From Eledone cirrhosa (lineage: Eukaryota): 64,000 nt of DNA. Shown piece after piece: positions 1 to 16,584 of this stretch. Positions within the stretch are counted from its first letter, which is position 1; each line of letters begins with the position of its first letter. The position numbers and the translations under genes were made by a program. The notes beneath the pieces were generated by a model. That model made no database searches. It was given only the letters and a program-made list of their open reading frames with translations, and was not told where the DNA came from. The stretch lies in the NCBI GenBank assembly GCA_964016885.1, contig OZ024749.1:4092001-4156000 (forward strand), read 5' to 3'.

Positions 1-119
1 AAAAATATCTGCAACCGCAAATAGGAATGGAATCTACATCAGTGTTTGGCGAGTTCTTAATCTATGTGAGAAGAAATTGATTGGCACATCGATGAGACAA
101 ATGCTGGAGTCAGAAATAT

Positions 120-465
120 GATTAATATTGGAATGTGGGACGTTGATTAAACGGGGGGAAAACTACGTGACTTTGACATGTATAAGATGGATATCTAAGA
201 TATGTGACACACAATGGTCATGGAGTTGACAGATCTCTAACGAGGGGATGGCTACTCCGTATATAATGAACAACGTATCGATGGACTTGCGTATTTTGCT
301 TGACATAAAAACCACCAAGGTTGATGTTGGCTGGAAGCCAATATATATATCCACGCTAATAGGGCAGATTTCAACTAACGATACGCGAAACCATCAATTG
401 TCGAGGCGTATTCTCCGACAGAAGAATCAGACGAAAATATAAAGCATGATTTCTATGAACAGCTA
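120..465 (+). pseudogene. Degenerate APE-type endonuclease fragment of an RTE-clade LINE
   Basis: Broken frames give INIGMWDV (cf. IGTWNV), GWKPI and IVEAYSPTEESDENIKHDFYEQL (cf. YAPT..KD.FYEQL of RTE endonucleases). Confidence 0.65.
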
Positions 466-1689
466 CGCAAATCTGGTAACTTTCGACAATATTTATTAAT
501 GCCGAAATCTATCTGGGCATTCTGAGTTTGAACACCATTCCTCTGAAATATTCATATTTCTATTCATATATCATATATTTCCCCATTCATATGGATTACT
601 CTGTATAATGTTTCTTATCAGACCAAATAGTAAAACACATTGATCTCAACCTGTGAATTAATTTGTCTTTTAACTGTAAGTATGCAGTACAAATTGATAG
701 GATTACATGTCCAAACCAAGGAAAACGCTGTGATAACTGTATATACGTTTCCGCGAAGGGAAGTATTTAGATGTTTTAAATCTTCAGAAGAGATTTTCAA
801 TGTTGTATCTTGCCTGGTGTTTAAAAGATATAAATAGATCACCATTTATAACCTTCGACATATAGAGATATGCCTCCAAACTACATAGGCACATTGTACT
901 ACATTGGTAATTCAATAATGCGTATATGTACACACACACACACATATATATGTGTCTGTGTGTGTGAAAGGAAAATGCCATGTCAGTGTATATCCAAAAT
1001 GGCTGAATGATACATTTCAACTCGTGGTTATTAGAATGAAGGTAAGAAGATGATGTGAAGTGAGTGTGTTTAATATATTTCGTTCTACAATTTAACTATC
1101 ATATGTGTCTCTTTTCTATGAGAAATAAAATACACGCACATATTAGAAGCGTATTTCAAGCTTTTATAATCTGAAATTTAAATGTTCTTTCGAATTATAA
1201 CTGTATTGACGTAAGTACCTTTGACAAATGAACCTGTCTTTTATATTTGAACAGATAGTGAACTATAGAGATAATCAATATTGAATCAAGACAGACCATC
1301 ACGAACGGATTATGTGACCTTTTGTTTAAAATAATTTGTCTTTCTTGTCAAAGGATAAAAGACATTAATACCAGCCTAGTGTTCGCTCTTCACAACTAAA
1401 ATCATGAAGGAGAAGAATTGAAGTCATATTAAAGAGACACAAGTAAACATTGCGAAAACGATTACGAAATTTTAATCAATAAATTATGTATGAAGAGATG
1501 TGAACTATTGGTGGTAGAGAAGTAGAAGTTGTGTCGAAAACAGTTTCGCTGTGGAATGATGCGATAATACAAGTAATAAATAAAGCATTACGTATTTATA
1601 GCAAATTCCTTTGTCCTTACCAGTAGCTACATGTGTGATAATGGTAATAATGATGACAGTAGTATTAGCGGTCGTAGCAGCAGTAATGT

Positions 1690-1758
<69 letters not shown>

Positions 1759-2047
1759 CAGCAGTAACAGTAGTAATAGTATTAGTAGTAGTAGCAGTAG
1801 TAGTAGTAGTGGCAGCAGCAGTAGTAGTAGTAGCGGTGGCGGTGGTGGTGGTGGTGGTGGTAGTGGCGATGGTAGTGGTGGTGCCGGTGGTATTGGCGAT
1901 GTTGGTGATGACGATGATGGTGGTGATAGTAATAGTAGTAGTATTCGTAGCAGTAGTAGTAGTGGTGGTGGAGGTGGTAGGGTGGTTGTGTTAGTAGTAG
2001 TAGTAGTAGTACTAGTAGTAGTAGCAACAGTAGCAGTAGCAACAGTA

Positions 2048-2104
<57 letters not shown>
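1690..2104. repeat. Compound (AGT)n/(GGT)n microsatellite
   Basis: Directly visible; source of the poly-V/S/G ORFs. Confidence 0.95.
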
Positions 2105-2785
2105 AAACATGGACATTCATACCTAATATTCAGAATGCCTCAGTGTAAAATATGTCTGCAAGTGAAGGAAACAATACTATGAATGAACGGCGGATCTTTA
2201 AGACGTTGTTGATCGATCAGGAAAAAGGTAGATGTGTAATGAAGAAATAATTGTGACACACACACCTGTGTAGTTTAGCTTATGTCATCCGTAGGTGTAT
2301 CTCATTGTCGGACTGTATTGCCTATAACAGACAAGACTTACAGATGTAATGACAAAGCGCTTCTGACACTCGCATCTATATAGTTTAGCTGATGTCACCC
2401 GAAGTTTTATCTCATCGGTGGTCACTGTTGCCTACACCAGGCAAGCCAAACAGGTATAATGATGAAACACGTGTGACTTTCACACCTAAGTACTTTATCT
2501 GCAATTAAATGCACTTTAAGTGCATACCAATCGGCGAAACTGCGCAATTGGGTCTTTGAAGAAGAAACAGGTATCTACGAACATTTCGATGCAATCAAAA
2601 TCATTCACCAATACTGGAGAAAAACGGAAAATTATCAGTTAAGTAATTCCACAATATGTGCTTTTCGAATGCCGTATCTCTTCAGGAAATACAATAAAAT
2701 AATTATTTGTTTTAAATGAAAAGGCAAAATCAAAAGAATTACACAAGGTTCATAGTAGATACAGAGAAAGGAGGAGCGTATGCTT

Positions 2786-2822
<37 letters not shown>

Positions 2823-2883
2823 AAATAAAATAATTAAGTCGAATATGTAAAATTTGGCTTCGTTTATTATAAATAATAGGTAT

Positions 2884-2938
2884 ACTGCTATATATATTTC
2901 GGTGGCAGCCAACATTGGCTGTGACATCTCCAGGCAGT
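2884..2938 (-). ncRNA. Type I hammerhead-like motif (A6G core variant) in a Penelope-type pLTR remnant
   Basis: Minus strand: ACUGC-CUGGAGA-[hairpin CAGCCAA/UUGGCUG]-GAAAU-AUAU-AUA-GCAGU, followed by AATAAA and (TA)n. Confidence 0.55.
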
Positions 2939-3069
2939 CGGAATTGGTGTGGGAAAGACAGGTACACATGCTATTGAAGTGTGTTTTACTCCATCAATAC
3001 ATCGGTATGTCCAGCCCCTGGTTGTGTTGTTATTCTTCTGAGGAACCGGAATCATATTTAAACTTGTAT

Positions 3070-3141
<72 letters not shown>

Positions 3142-4118
3142 GTAACTGATTAAATACAAGTTTAAATGCCAATTCAAGTATATTTGTATTAATTCCATCT
3201 GAGGTAAGAAATCCATTTCAACATTATGTATACAAACTTGGAACATATCCATAAATATCAGAATATAATGCTAATGCATTCAAAAACACTTCAGAAGGTA
3301 TTTCAGGTAACTTATTACGAGACAAATTCTCCTATACATACAATATACAATATACACTACTTTACAAACTATATATATTGATGTATATATAATCAAATCT
3401 TGTAGTTAACTTGAAGCATTGTATATAGTACATAACGTTGAAAGAGATATAAGGTTACACAATGCAAAATGGAGAGTAAGATGATGGCAACGAATGTTGT
3501 CCTTTTTGTTGTTTTTGCTGTTGTTTCTTTCCTCCTAATATTTCGGGATTTTAAATTCTCTTCTCCAGAGTTTAACGAACTTTCAGAGAATATTGTTCCG
3601 GTAACTTCTCTTAGGTATAAAATCTAGATTTTAATTTCTTGAATCGATTTCAAGAGTTGTTTCATGTTAATTCGCTATTCATGAGAATGACGTCAATTGC
3701 CGACGTAGTATTTCGTGGAACCAAGTTTAGTCCTTTGAATGAGATGTTGTTTATGTAGCTGAAAACATCGAGTGAAGTGCTTAAAATGTGGAGCTATGAG
3801 AGAGAAGAATTATACACCTAGGTGCCTCTGTCCACATTTTTTCAAACAGCAGGAGTGTGGTACATGAGTTTATTTTAACTATTATTTACAATGACCGACT
3901 ATTTCTATAGACATATGAGTTGCACTGATTACTTTTAAATCTTTAGATTTTCCCAATGATTTTTAATTCAACAGATGCTTACAAACATTTCTACGATATT
4001 TACACGTATTTTCCACATATCATTGACTAGTATTCGACAATAAAGACAAGTTGAGAAAAACAGCTCTAATGACAACACGAATTACACGGTCAACATCATT
4101 TAAACATACACTGGATAC

Positions 4119-4196
<78 letters not shown>

Positions 4197-4202
4197 TATA
4201 TA

Positions 4203-4320
4203 TGATATTAAATAAATGAAAACTATATTTATAAAACCATATTTATTTCGTTATATATATTTCAGGGATATCATGTTAACAATATGTTATGCCTTCTTCA
4301 GACAAAATACAATATAAACA
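4203..4320 (-). mobile_element. Solo pLTR of a Naiad-type Penelope family with HHR (4246-4307)
   Basis: Minus strand UUUUGU-CUGAAGA-AGG..CCU-GAAAU-AUAU-AUA-ACGAAA; homologous to 51860-52105, 22596-22657 and 24160-24270. Confidence 0.7.
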
Positions 4321-4667
4321 GTCTTATAAATAAATAAATGAATAGATACGACATACCTTTCAATCACCTTGCATTTGGGAGGTTGATTTGGCAGTAAAAA
4401 ATATTGTGGACAGTTGTAAAAAGAAAGAGATAAAGAGAGAAAGAAAGAGAAACGAAGAAAAAGAAGAAATGCATGTGACTAAATAGAGAGATATAGAAAG
4501 ATAGATAAAGAGAAGAACTTCATGTAAAGAAACAGAGAGAAATATATATAGAGAGAGGAAAAAAGAAAGAGATAGATAGAGATAGTTAACCCAACAATTT
4601 AAATATAACTTTCCATATATTAATATATATATATATATTAATATATATATATATTAATATATATATA

Positions 4668-4752
<85 letters not shown>

Positions 4753-4753
<1 letters not shown>

Positions 4754-5001
4754 AAGAGTGTAGAATAAGATGGTCAACAGTACAAAAAGGGGTTTTATTT
4801 CTGTACTATTGACCATGTTGTTCTTCACTCTTTGACTATTATTACTCGAAGATTAATTTGCCTAGGAATTCCCGAGAACTCACAAACTCGCTACCTAAAG
4901 AAACCTGTTGTTCAGTCAAACAACGCCGTACGCTAAAGCTATCCACAATACGGAGTATTAACAATCTTTACCTGGATTACCTATACTGATTATATGTTAT
5001 C

Positions 5002-5004
<3 letters not shown>
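4753..5004 (+). mobile_element. Fold-back mini-element (IR 4753-4833 plus unique tail) flanked by (TA)n
   Basis: Arms aaagagtg..ggtcaacagtaca / tgtactattgacc..cactcttt; a longer inverted relative lies at 51309-51716. Confidence 0.7.
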
Positions 5005-5072
<68 letters not shown>

Positions 5073-5604
5073 AAAAATATGGGTGAGAAGAATACTGTAT
5101 GGTTGCACATGGATAACATGTTATAAAATGAGTCCCTCATCAGTGATTTGCCAACGGTCATTGGTATTTCATTGCATTAAGAATCATATACCTGACGTTG
5201 GTGCAATAATAATTAAAATAAGTTATTGGGACAATTGAAACGCGTAAAGCGGGTGAGACAAGTTAACAAACAGGGGAAAGCTAACCGAAGATAGGAAGAA
5301 ACACAATATATATATATATATAAGTACACAAGGCCGTTATTGCACTATTCAGTCCATGAACACTAATGAAACAGCCTCAACCTAAAACTAACTCCTGCCA
5401 AACTGTACGATATTCACTCAGAAAATTCGACAAATATACCGAGGACGTTCATCTTCGTTACAGTCAGTATAAGTAATCTGAGCTCTACAGCCACCAAATA
5501 TGGAAGACAGACGTTATCAAGCTGAAGAAATCATATCTGAGATCATACAGACTCACATATACATACATATATACAACACACCATTCACACGTAAAGAAAC
5601 ACAC

Positions 5605-5656
<52 letters not shown>

Positions 5657-6154
5657 TAAACTAATATTTAAGTAATATATTTCTTACATGCACTGTGCCG
5701 TTTGCTTTGTTATTGTTGATATTAGTTACACACACACACACACACACGCACACATACATATATATATATATGGGGTAGTGGGTGTATATGTGTGTGGAGG
5801 CTGCGAGTAAGTGTGTGTGTGTGTGTCTGTGTATGTATATGTGTGTGTGTAATGTCTCATTTGCAAAGTTATATATCAAACCATTGACCGAAAATCACCA
5901 CATAACATTTAGCAAAATAGAAATAAAACATCAACGACAAATAAATTAACAAACCATAAGAGAATAAAGGAACAAGTGAACGAAATAAAAAAAAAACAAC
6001 AACATATAGCTTGTATTATTTACTGTTTGTTGTTATCTCTTGTTTCTGGTGCATTCTCACGCATAGCCTACCCTGCCGCATCATTTTTACTTACGCTCCG
6101 CTACTACTAATATAACTGGGGTTAAACAGATAGAGAAGGCTTGCTGTTAATACA

Positions 6155-8590
<2,436 letters not shown>

Positions 8591-9017
8591 TGTAGTAGGA
8601 ACATAGATCATTTTAATTACGTTCATTGAATACAAATCGAATTAGCAATACCTGAAATGTCAATGGCCAATGAAACTATACAAATAAAATAACAAAATTG
8701 AAACCAACGAAAATACAATTCACGCAGTTGATACATGAAAGTTGAAATAGGATATTAGAAGAGAAGATTTGTTTTTGTTTTAGCTCTTGGGGGTTTGGGG
8801 CAAGTCTTTGGTTGGTAAGGTTGATTGGGGAGAATTTGTGTGTGTGGTTTTTGCAGATATAGAGAAGAGAAGAAAACATCAACAACAGTAACAAACACAA
8901 CAACCCAATTTGATATACAGCTTTTCTGAAATTGCTTTTATAATGTATGGTCTTTCAGTGAATTGGCAGAGCCGTCTGTGTGTCGGAGGATATTCGTCGA
9001 TATTTATTTTGAATCAC

Positions 9018-9112
9018 TGCGCTCTGAGTTCGTAAACCGTTGACATTAAATTTGCATTTACTCTTTTCAATACCGATAAATGTTTAAGTACCAATTATGT
9101 ACTGGGGTCGAT
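9018..9112 (+). mobile_element. SINE fragment
   Basis: ctctgagttc..tttgc.ttt..cgataaa..aagtacca..tactggggtcgat; homologous to 13937-14050, 11785-11862 and 61711-61832. Confidence 0.5.
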
Positions 9113-9604
9113 ACTTCCTGTATCTCTCTTTACGATTTTCTCTCGTTCTCGAGCAGAAGTCGGCCATGTTTCTACCTGATGTGTGATTGTCCGAACCAGA
9201 TTTAAAATGCCGAAGACATGTCATGGGTCAGGACGGCTTTATTACAAAACTCTCAGAAGTTAAAAGCCCTTTCCTTTCCTAACTGACATAAAGACAGTTT
9301 ACACATTATAAAAAGTACATAATTTAAGAGGACATATATTTAATGACAGTTTCCACTCTAGTTAATCTAATCTCAGTCAATTCTCTTGCAGTATTAATTT
9401 GTACCATTCTATTGATTGAATTCAGTTGAAATACTGCTGAAAGCTAATGTAACATCTAGTTAAATTAGAGCAGTTAGAATTACAAGCTTTACTTATGATT
9501 ACCACTGATAAACCTCTCAATTAAATAGGCTGTCTTTCAAAATTCTTCTCAACATTAAAATGACATGTTTGAACATTACTACTATATGTTGTTAACATTA
9601 AGAA

Positions 9605-9697
9605 ACTTCTTCTCTCTCTTTACCTCCTTCTTCTTCTTCTTTCTTTTCTTCAACTTCTTCAACTTCTTCTTCTTCTTCTTCAACTTCTTCTTCTTCA

Positions 9698-9728
<31 letters not shown>

Positions 9729-9853
9729 CTTCTTCTTCTTCTTCTTCTTCTTCTTCAACGTCTTCTTCAACTTCTTCTTCTTCTTCAACTTCTTCTTCTT
9801 ATTATTATTATTTTTATTATTATTATATTATTATTATTATTATTATTATTATT
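9605..9853. repeat. (TTC)n/(TTA)n microsatellite
   Basis: Directly visible. Confidence 0.95.
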
Positions 9854-10290
9854 CTCCTCCCTCTCTCTTTCTATCTTCTCTCTCCTATTCTCTCACATTT
9901 TCTCTTTTGATTTTTTTCTCTTGCTTTTTTTTCTCTATTTCTCTCTTTCGTAAATGTTTTCTGTCGTTATTTCTCTCGTTCATTCTCTTTCTTTCTCCCA
10001 TTATTTATCTTTCTTTCTCTTTCTCTCGATTTATCACTTACCCTCTCTCACTTTCGCCCTTTCTCACTCTATCACTCTCTTCTGGTACTACATAGATGGA
10101 TAGATGGTAGGAAAACATAAAAAAATCTGTTGGTCGTCTGTTTATCTATTAGTACGTGGACGGGAGACAAATACACAGGAAAGGTGGCATCGTGATTTAT
10201 AATCATAGAAAACTTTTTCAGTGATGTGATTACCGGTTCATTACATTGGTGGTTTATAAGAGAGGGATATATATATATATATATATATAC

Positions 10291-10483
10291 GTTATTCCGG
10301 GTTGAATCGGAGGTAACCACAGTAAGTAAGGTACTCAATACATTGCAGAGTATAAAAGTTTTAATATAGATGAGATTCTACAGGACTAGAACTGTTTCAT
10401 TCTTTAGAAATCATCAGGAATCCTGATGATTTCTAAAGAATGAAACAGTTCTAGTCCTGTAGAATCTCATCTATATTAAAACT
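10291..10483 (-). mobile_element. Fold-back mini-element: 63-bp arms (10357-10419/10421-10483), 1-nt spacer, unique tail 10291-10356, (TA)n on both sides
   Basis: Exact reverse-complement arms centred on 10420. Confidence 0.9.
10374..10422 (-). ncRNA. Type I hammerhead ribozyme (mirror copy on + strand at 10418-10466)
   Basis: GAUUC-CUGAUGA-U-UUCU(AA)AGAA-U-GAA-ACAG(UUCUAGUC)CUGU-A-GAAUC: intact core, three stems, GUA cleavage triplet. Confidence 0.8.
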
Positions 10484-10500
10484 ATATATCTATATATATA

Positions 10501-10561
<61 letters not shown>

Positions 10562-10723
10562 TTAAATGATTCAATCCCGCTTCTCAGCAATGATGATGTT
10601 ATTGTACCTGATGATACCAATTTTAAATGAGATATTTTAAACCATAGAACTCTCTCTCTCTCTCCCTCGCTCTCTCTCTCTATCTCTCTCTCTCTCTTTC
10701 TCACTCATTATATATATACATAC

Positions 10724-10811
<88 letters not shown>

Positions 10812-10814
<3 letters not shown>

Positions 10815-10948
10815 TGTTTACACAACAGTTAGTTCAACATATCAAGATGGTATGTTGAACTAACTGTTGTGTAACCACTTCTACCTGACGTGTCCCATGG
10901 ACTGAGTGCTCTACCACTACGGATATTACCTTCCAGTGTTCTACCACT
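10812..10948 (+). mobile_element. Fold-back mini-element (IR 10812-10880 plus tail) in (TA)n
   Basis: Hairpin aagtg..cacaacagttagttcaacata / tatgttgaactaactgttgtg..cactt; same family inverted at 48107-48325. Confidence 0.8.
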
Positions 10949-11426
10949 ATATATATATATATAAAGTAGTTCGTTGTTTAATGTCTTTTCTGCTCTCCAC
11001 GACATTCTATTAGTACTGAAGTGAAAGAGGTATATATTACATTCAAATAAAATATTCAAAGTCATTTTGCTATATCGACACATAAAGATGAGGATATGAC
11101 CTGTGACCGACAAAGTCTCTATCATTAAATTAATCAATACCATATTTTGTCATCCATTGGTGTAGGGTTAAACATAGTTATTCTTTTCAGTCATCTAACT
11201 ACGGATATGATCGTGAACTGCTTATATATAATCGATTATATTGAAGCACACGCACTTACTTTTTCAGGTCTAACACATATGTGTTCAAAATCTTTTGATC
11301 GAAATGTAAAGTTACAGAGGCACCCAGAAAAGAGAGACGGATATAGACACCCACGTATGCACACATGTAAACAAACATTCAAATTAACACACATATCAAT
11401 CTCTCTCAGACTCCTTTATTTCTCGT

Positions 11427-11512
<86 letters not shown>

Positions 11513-12939
11513 TATATATATGCGTGTGAGTGTGTCCAACAGCAACTATACCGAAGGCCATATGAATTTGTGTATGAATTTATATATTTATCTATTATTT
11601 ATATATATATATATATCGCTGTGGTCGATGATTAGTTGGTGTGACTTCCATCAATATAACGTAACGAGTTCAGTATATTGCTGTAACGATATATTAAAAG
11701 CTACTTCTAACTTTTCAAGCCTTATGTTCCCGAGCTGCAGACGGTGAATAGAATGATTTATAATATTCATTTCAGTTCTCTGTTCTCTGAGTTCAAATTC
11801 CAATTCAACTTTGCCATTCATCAATTGAAGGTATATAAAAAAAATTACCAACCAAGTACTGTTGTCCATTATTTCTCTCTGTCTCTTTCTCACATCCTTT
11901 CCTTCACTCTCTTTATAAATTTCTGAGAGAAAAAGACAATATTCAGGCCTGTAGGTATGGGCTCCACCAAGTGTTTTTTTTTAAATGCCCTAGAAACACC
12001 GTATCTCAATGTGGGGCCCATATAGTTCCCAAAGAGTTTCGGGTCCGCACCATAGAATTGCGCTCGTAGGTACTCGCATAGAACAAGATATTGTTTTACA
12101 TATTGTTAATACTGTCTGATGAACCCAGGCCGTTAACTGTGAGAAACATACCCACTTAATCGTTGGTCCCAGCGAATTATATAGAGTAGCTAAATAAAGA
12201 CATTTATAAATATATGGTATTTGCTAGTGTTTTGCATGTGGATTAGTACAAAACGTTGACCGTTTTATTCTATCTGCATAACTTTGACTGATCGGAGTGT
12301 GGATTGCACAACACCTCGCAATTACGACCATATATATATATATATATATATACCAACTCATAATATTATATTATAAAATTAGATCAAACATATTTTAACA
12401 CTACGGCAGACGCGTCCGAACCATGCGAAATGTGAGCAAGAAAAGAATTTCACATAGGTCAGATGGGAGAAAGTGACATAGGGGGAGAAGCAGAGAGTGA
12501 GTGAGTGAAAATGTGAGGAAGAGGCCAGCCAAGAGAGTGTGACCAGCTGAGGGAGTGAATGAAAGCAAGAGGAACAATGAGAGATAAGGGGGAGAGAGAA
12601 AGAGGATAGCAGTAAGGTGATGGAAAAAGACGAACCGCATATATATATATATTAATAATATGTTATAGGCTTATATATTATGTTATATATACTGGTACAT
12701 CTGCATACGGTTATGTGTATACGTGAGTTTTGTGTCTGTGTGAGCATGCGGGTTCGTACGTACGTAGGGTGTGTGTATAAGTGTACCTTGTGTTTTGGTT
12801 GATGTACGTTTAGTGATCATATGTGTATTTACGTATAGGTATGTGTGTGTGCGCGTTATATACTTATTTATGAGTGTATCTTCATATACGTTTATATAAT
12901 TATATGTATACACGCACGCACACACGCACACATATATAT

Positions 12940-13634
12940 ATATATATTTTTTTTTTTTGTTTTATATATTTTTATGTGTATTTGGTGTATACGTTCGTAT
13001 ACGTTGCGTGGGTTCTGTATGTGCGTGCGTGTTTTTTTTTGTGTACGTGCTTGTATTTGCATACCCATGGCGGGTATTTTCGCGTATGCATGTGCATGTA
13101 CGTATATGGATGCGTGCATGTATATATTTAATTTTGGTTGATTTCAATTACCTCTATAACTTATTAATATTATTCTTAACTCTGAAGCCGAGAATCATTG
13201 GGTTTCCTAAAGAGAGTTTTAGTCTACGACTTCAGTTATACCATGAACGTGTTTTGTCTTTGCGTGTAATTGTTCTCGCGATCCACTTAATGACGTATTA
13301 TCTTCGTTTTTTTTCCCGTTCATTGCCAGATACGTCTCCACGAACCACCTAATAGAATTTTAGTTTACGACTTCATTTCTACCATAAACATGGTTATGTA
13401 TTTGCGTGTAATTGTTTTCATCGCTCCAAATAATGACGTATTACCTTCGTTTGTTTCCCTTCTTTGCCAGGGAACGTTTCCACGAACCAAAGTATCGTCT
13501 TGCTGTCTTCCTTCGGTTGCAACGTGTTTCGAAATATTTACTTCTGAGTTCACAGATTGATTTTGTTCAGTTTCAGAATATCTCGTTAAAGGTGAAGCAG
13601 CGATTCTTTGCTTAAACTTTAATCTGTGATTTTA

Positions 13635-13640
<6 letters not shown>
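12940..13640 (+). mobile_element. ~700-bp non-coding dispersed element (copy 1) with internal tandem units and HHR-like 3' end
   Basis: Colinear with 29250-30042; 3' part also at 48786-49135 and 57092-57136; ends in AATAAA + (TA)n. Confidence 0.8.
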
Positions 13641-13672
<32 letters not shown>

Positions 13673-13675
<3 letters not shown>

Positions 13676-13848
13676 AAAGGTAAACAGAAATAACAACACA
13701 ATCGGTACAGTATATGGAAGGGATATATTAGGTTAACGCTAGATGTAGCAGGAAGAGGGTCTTAACGTTTCGTGCGCTAGTCCAACAGCAGAAGAAAAAT
13801 GAGAAATAACGTAGATTGAGGGGACGAGGGGATGGAATTGGGAAAAAT

Positions 13849-13852
<4 letters not shown>
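13673..13852 (-). mobile_element. Degenerate pLTR-like fragment in (TA)n
   Basis: Minus strand ..gcgcacGAAACgttaagacc..; pyrimidine-rich upstream; TA flanks on both sides. Confidence 0.4.
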
Positions 13853-13884
<32 letters not shown>

Positions 13885-13936
13885 AATTCTCTCGTATATG
13901 TTTCCTTAATAATAATCTGTTTATGTGCTGTGCTTA

Positions 13937-14050
13937 TTCAAATCCCGCCGAGGTTAACTTTGCCTTTCATCCTTACGGGGTCGATAAAATAAAGTACCAG
14001 TAATACACTGGATAATTGCTGGCCTTGTACCTAACGTAGAAACAATTATT
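13937..14050 (+). mobile_element. SINE (B-box-like ttcaaatccc plus conserved body)
   Basis: ttcaaatcccgccgaggttaactttgcctttcatccttacggggtcgataaaataaagtaccag; close inverted copy at 61711-61832. Confidence 0.7.
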
Positions 14051-15282
14051 TTGATGTTACAATTTACGATTCTATACTAGATTGGAAAATTGATTTTTTA
14101 TTGAGTAGTGTAAGAAGTCGTATAAATAAATTATGTTTTATGACAGGAAACCCCGTCTCATTGTAAGTTTATGATAGGAAGCCCTGTCTCATTATCAAAA
14201 TTTCCTGTTTAGGAAATTAAATTGTGAGTGTCTAAGTTTTCTAGATTAACGTTTTACATCAAATTAATGTTCTGAGACACAGGTGTTTTGGCAAGGCTGT
14301 CCATTTCATTTAGGGATACAGTACAAACCGTGTCCAAGTAAACAATTAGACTCACAAATTATGGGTGAATCCCAGGCTCTGTTAATCGACACTTGGCCTT
14401 AATGGCATGCACCGGGATCGAAACCGGGAATTAGTGATTACGAAATATATTTCTTAAACATTTCGCCATGCTGCGTAACTTCTTAAGATAATGAACGGTC
14501 TCAACCTCAGAATTGAAATCCACGTTCGCCAAAAAAAAAAATTAACTATTACACTTTTTGTATACCTTCCACTTTGAACATATGAACTTTCCGACATATG
14601 AGTGTGTGTGTGTGTGATTGTGTGGGTGTATGCTTGTATGTGTGTGTGTGTGTGTTTGGCTATGTATGTATGTATATTTAATCCTACAAACGTACTACAA
14701 ATTTCAGGAGAAAAGAAGAAATCGAAAATAGAGTAAGAGAGATGTGAATGTAAATAGTTCTTTCAAATTGGTAATTTAAAATTTGAATAAAAAAAAATGT
14801 AAAATAGATTATTCGTCTCTGGCACATGAAGAATATTTCTTTTGAAATAAGCATTTTTTTTTTGTTATTCAAATTTATTTTTTATTTCATTTCTGTTTCT
14901 AAAACGTCTATGGATTCCATTTTTTTAAATGTTTCGCTTCGTTTTTGATGGGTTTTTCCTACATATTTTGATATTTTTTGTTATTCGCTTATTCCTTTCA
15001 TGTTTGTGACAGTTATTTTTAACATTCGTAAAATATTCTTAAAAGATACGACTGACAAGCAGAGATTAGGAAAAAAACTGTATTGCTGCATCATATAGGC
15101 TTAGAAGTTGACTGATATCAGTAAAATATACCTACGTCAGATAGAACAATAGTTCACTCAATAATAGATTTGAAATAGCAGCAAAATCGTTTTACATTTA
15201 CTTGAAGATTAAAAGAGCTAGCATCTTTTAAAATGATTTTTTTTTTAAATCAAAACATTAAAAGAAAAAAACACTGTACAGA

Positions 15283-15325
<43 letters not shown>

Positions 15326-15404
15326 GATTGGTGCTCTGAAATAGCAATGTATACATGAATAGTATATAGTATAGTATATTTGGTAATATACCGTATGTTT
15401 AATT

Positions 15405-15444
<40 letters not shown>

Positions 15445-15659
15445 CTTAAATATTTCTGTCACTTTTCTTTTTTATTTTTCGAGCTTAAAGGCATATTTCT
15501 ATTGTGCAAAGCGGGCTATATATTGTGGCTTTTCGAAACACACAGTGAGTGATATGTTTGAGGCTAGTTGTTATGTTACGAATTGAAGTAAAATTGATCA
15601 CAATTTATTAAAACGAATCTCTAAAATATCTCTAGTCACTCCAGCTAGAACTGCTACTT

Positions 15660-15896
15660 CTTCGAATTGAGAGACACTCTGAGAATGTGGTTAGAATTTC
15701 TCAGGAAATAATTGGTGGGCAGACTTTACGGGCAAAACCAACAGGCAAGATACCTAGGGTATAGAATCCTAGCAAGATGGTTGGATACCATCTATGAGCT
15801 TGGCTGGTCACGCTTGGGGATCCAGGCGAGGAAGAAGAAGAAGAAGAAGAAGAAGAAGAAGAAGAAGAAGAAGAAGAAGAAGAAGAAGAAGAAGAA
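15660..15896 (+). mobile_element. 3' end of RTE-clade (Expander/Rex3-like) LINE with (GAA)n tail
   Basis: KPTGKIPR and RWLDTIYELGWSRLGI motifs run into (GAA)n 15831-15896; related to 28080-28555. Confidence 0.65.
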
Positions 15897-16584
15897 TCTA
15901 GTACCGATGACAGTCTAGACATCAGGTGTCCTCGGTACCTTCACTGCCGATTTCTTTCGGAAAACCGGAAAGCCAAGAGGCCGTCTGAGGAAAGAACTTG
16001 GTGTGGCGGATAGATGCTACAGTGGGTGTCACTGGTCATTATCTGTGGCAATACATCTGTGGCAATCTCATGGGTGCGGCTACATCACCATTCACATTGG
16101 AGTGTAACGCCTGTCCCTCCCCACTTCTTCCTTTCTTTTATTACTTAAACTGCATGTTTTTGTTTTTCTTCTTTCCTCTTTTTTTTTATTTAAATATATT
16201 TCAGTTGTAAATATTATATCTTAGCTACTATCAATACTTATATTTTCTTGTGGAATAAAACTAACATCTGAATTATAAATAGGATACAGATTTATTACAA
16301 ATTTATTACACATTTATACATATTTATTAAGAAACTGACATTAAATGGATGTCCTATTATAGCATATACTTTTTAAAATATATAAATATTATTTCTGACA
16401 GATAGGAAGGCAAAAATAAAAGAAAAGTAAGAGAAAGGAAAGATGACAGGCCCAGGTCTTCTATAACAAAAGGTAACGATGTAATTTACGAGTAATTTTA
16501 ATGCTAGATTTAGCAAAACAATACACAACGAAGAGGCAGGATTGATTGTTCGAGAATATTACTGGATCTCCGTTAGTGACAACG

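Noticed and set aside
2255-2495. ~115-bp tandem duplication with faint FADD-like RT resemblance
   Set aside because: The duplication is visible, but the protein similarity is too weak to assign.
12110-12200. Hammerhead on + (ctgtCTGATGA)
   Set aside because: The GAAA/stem III region is too degenerate to fold; probably an old pLTR.
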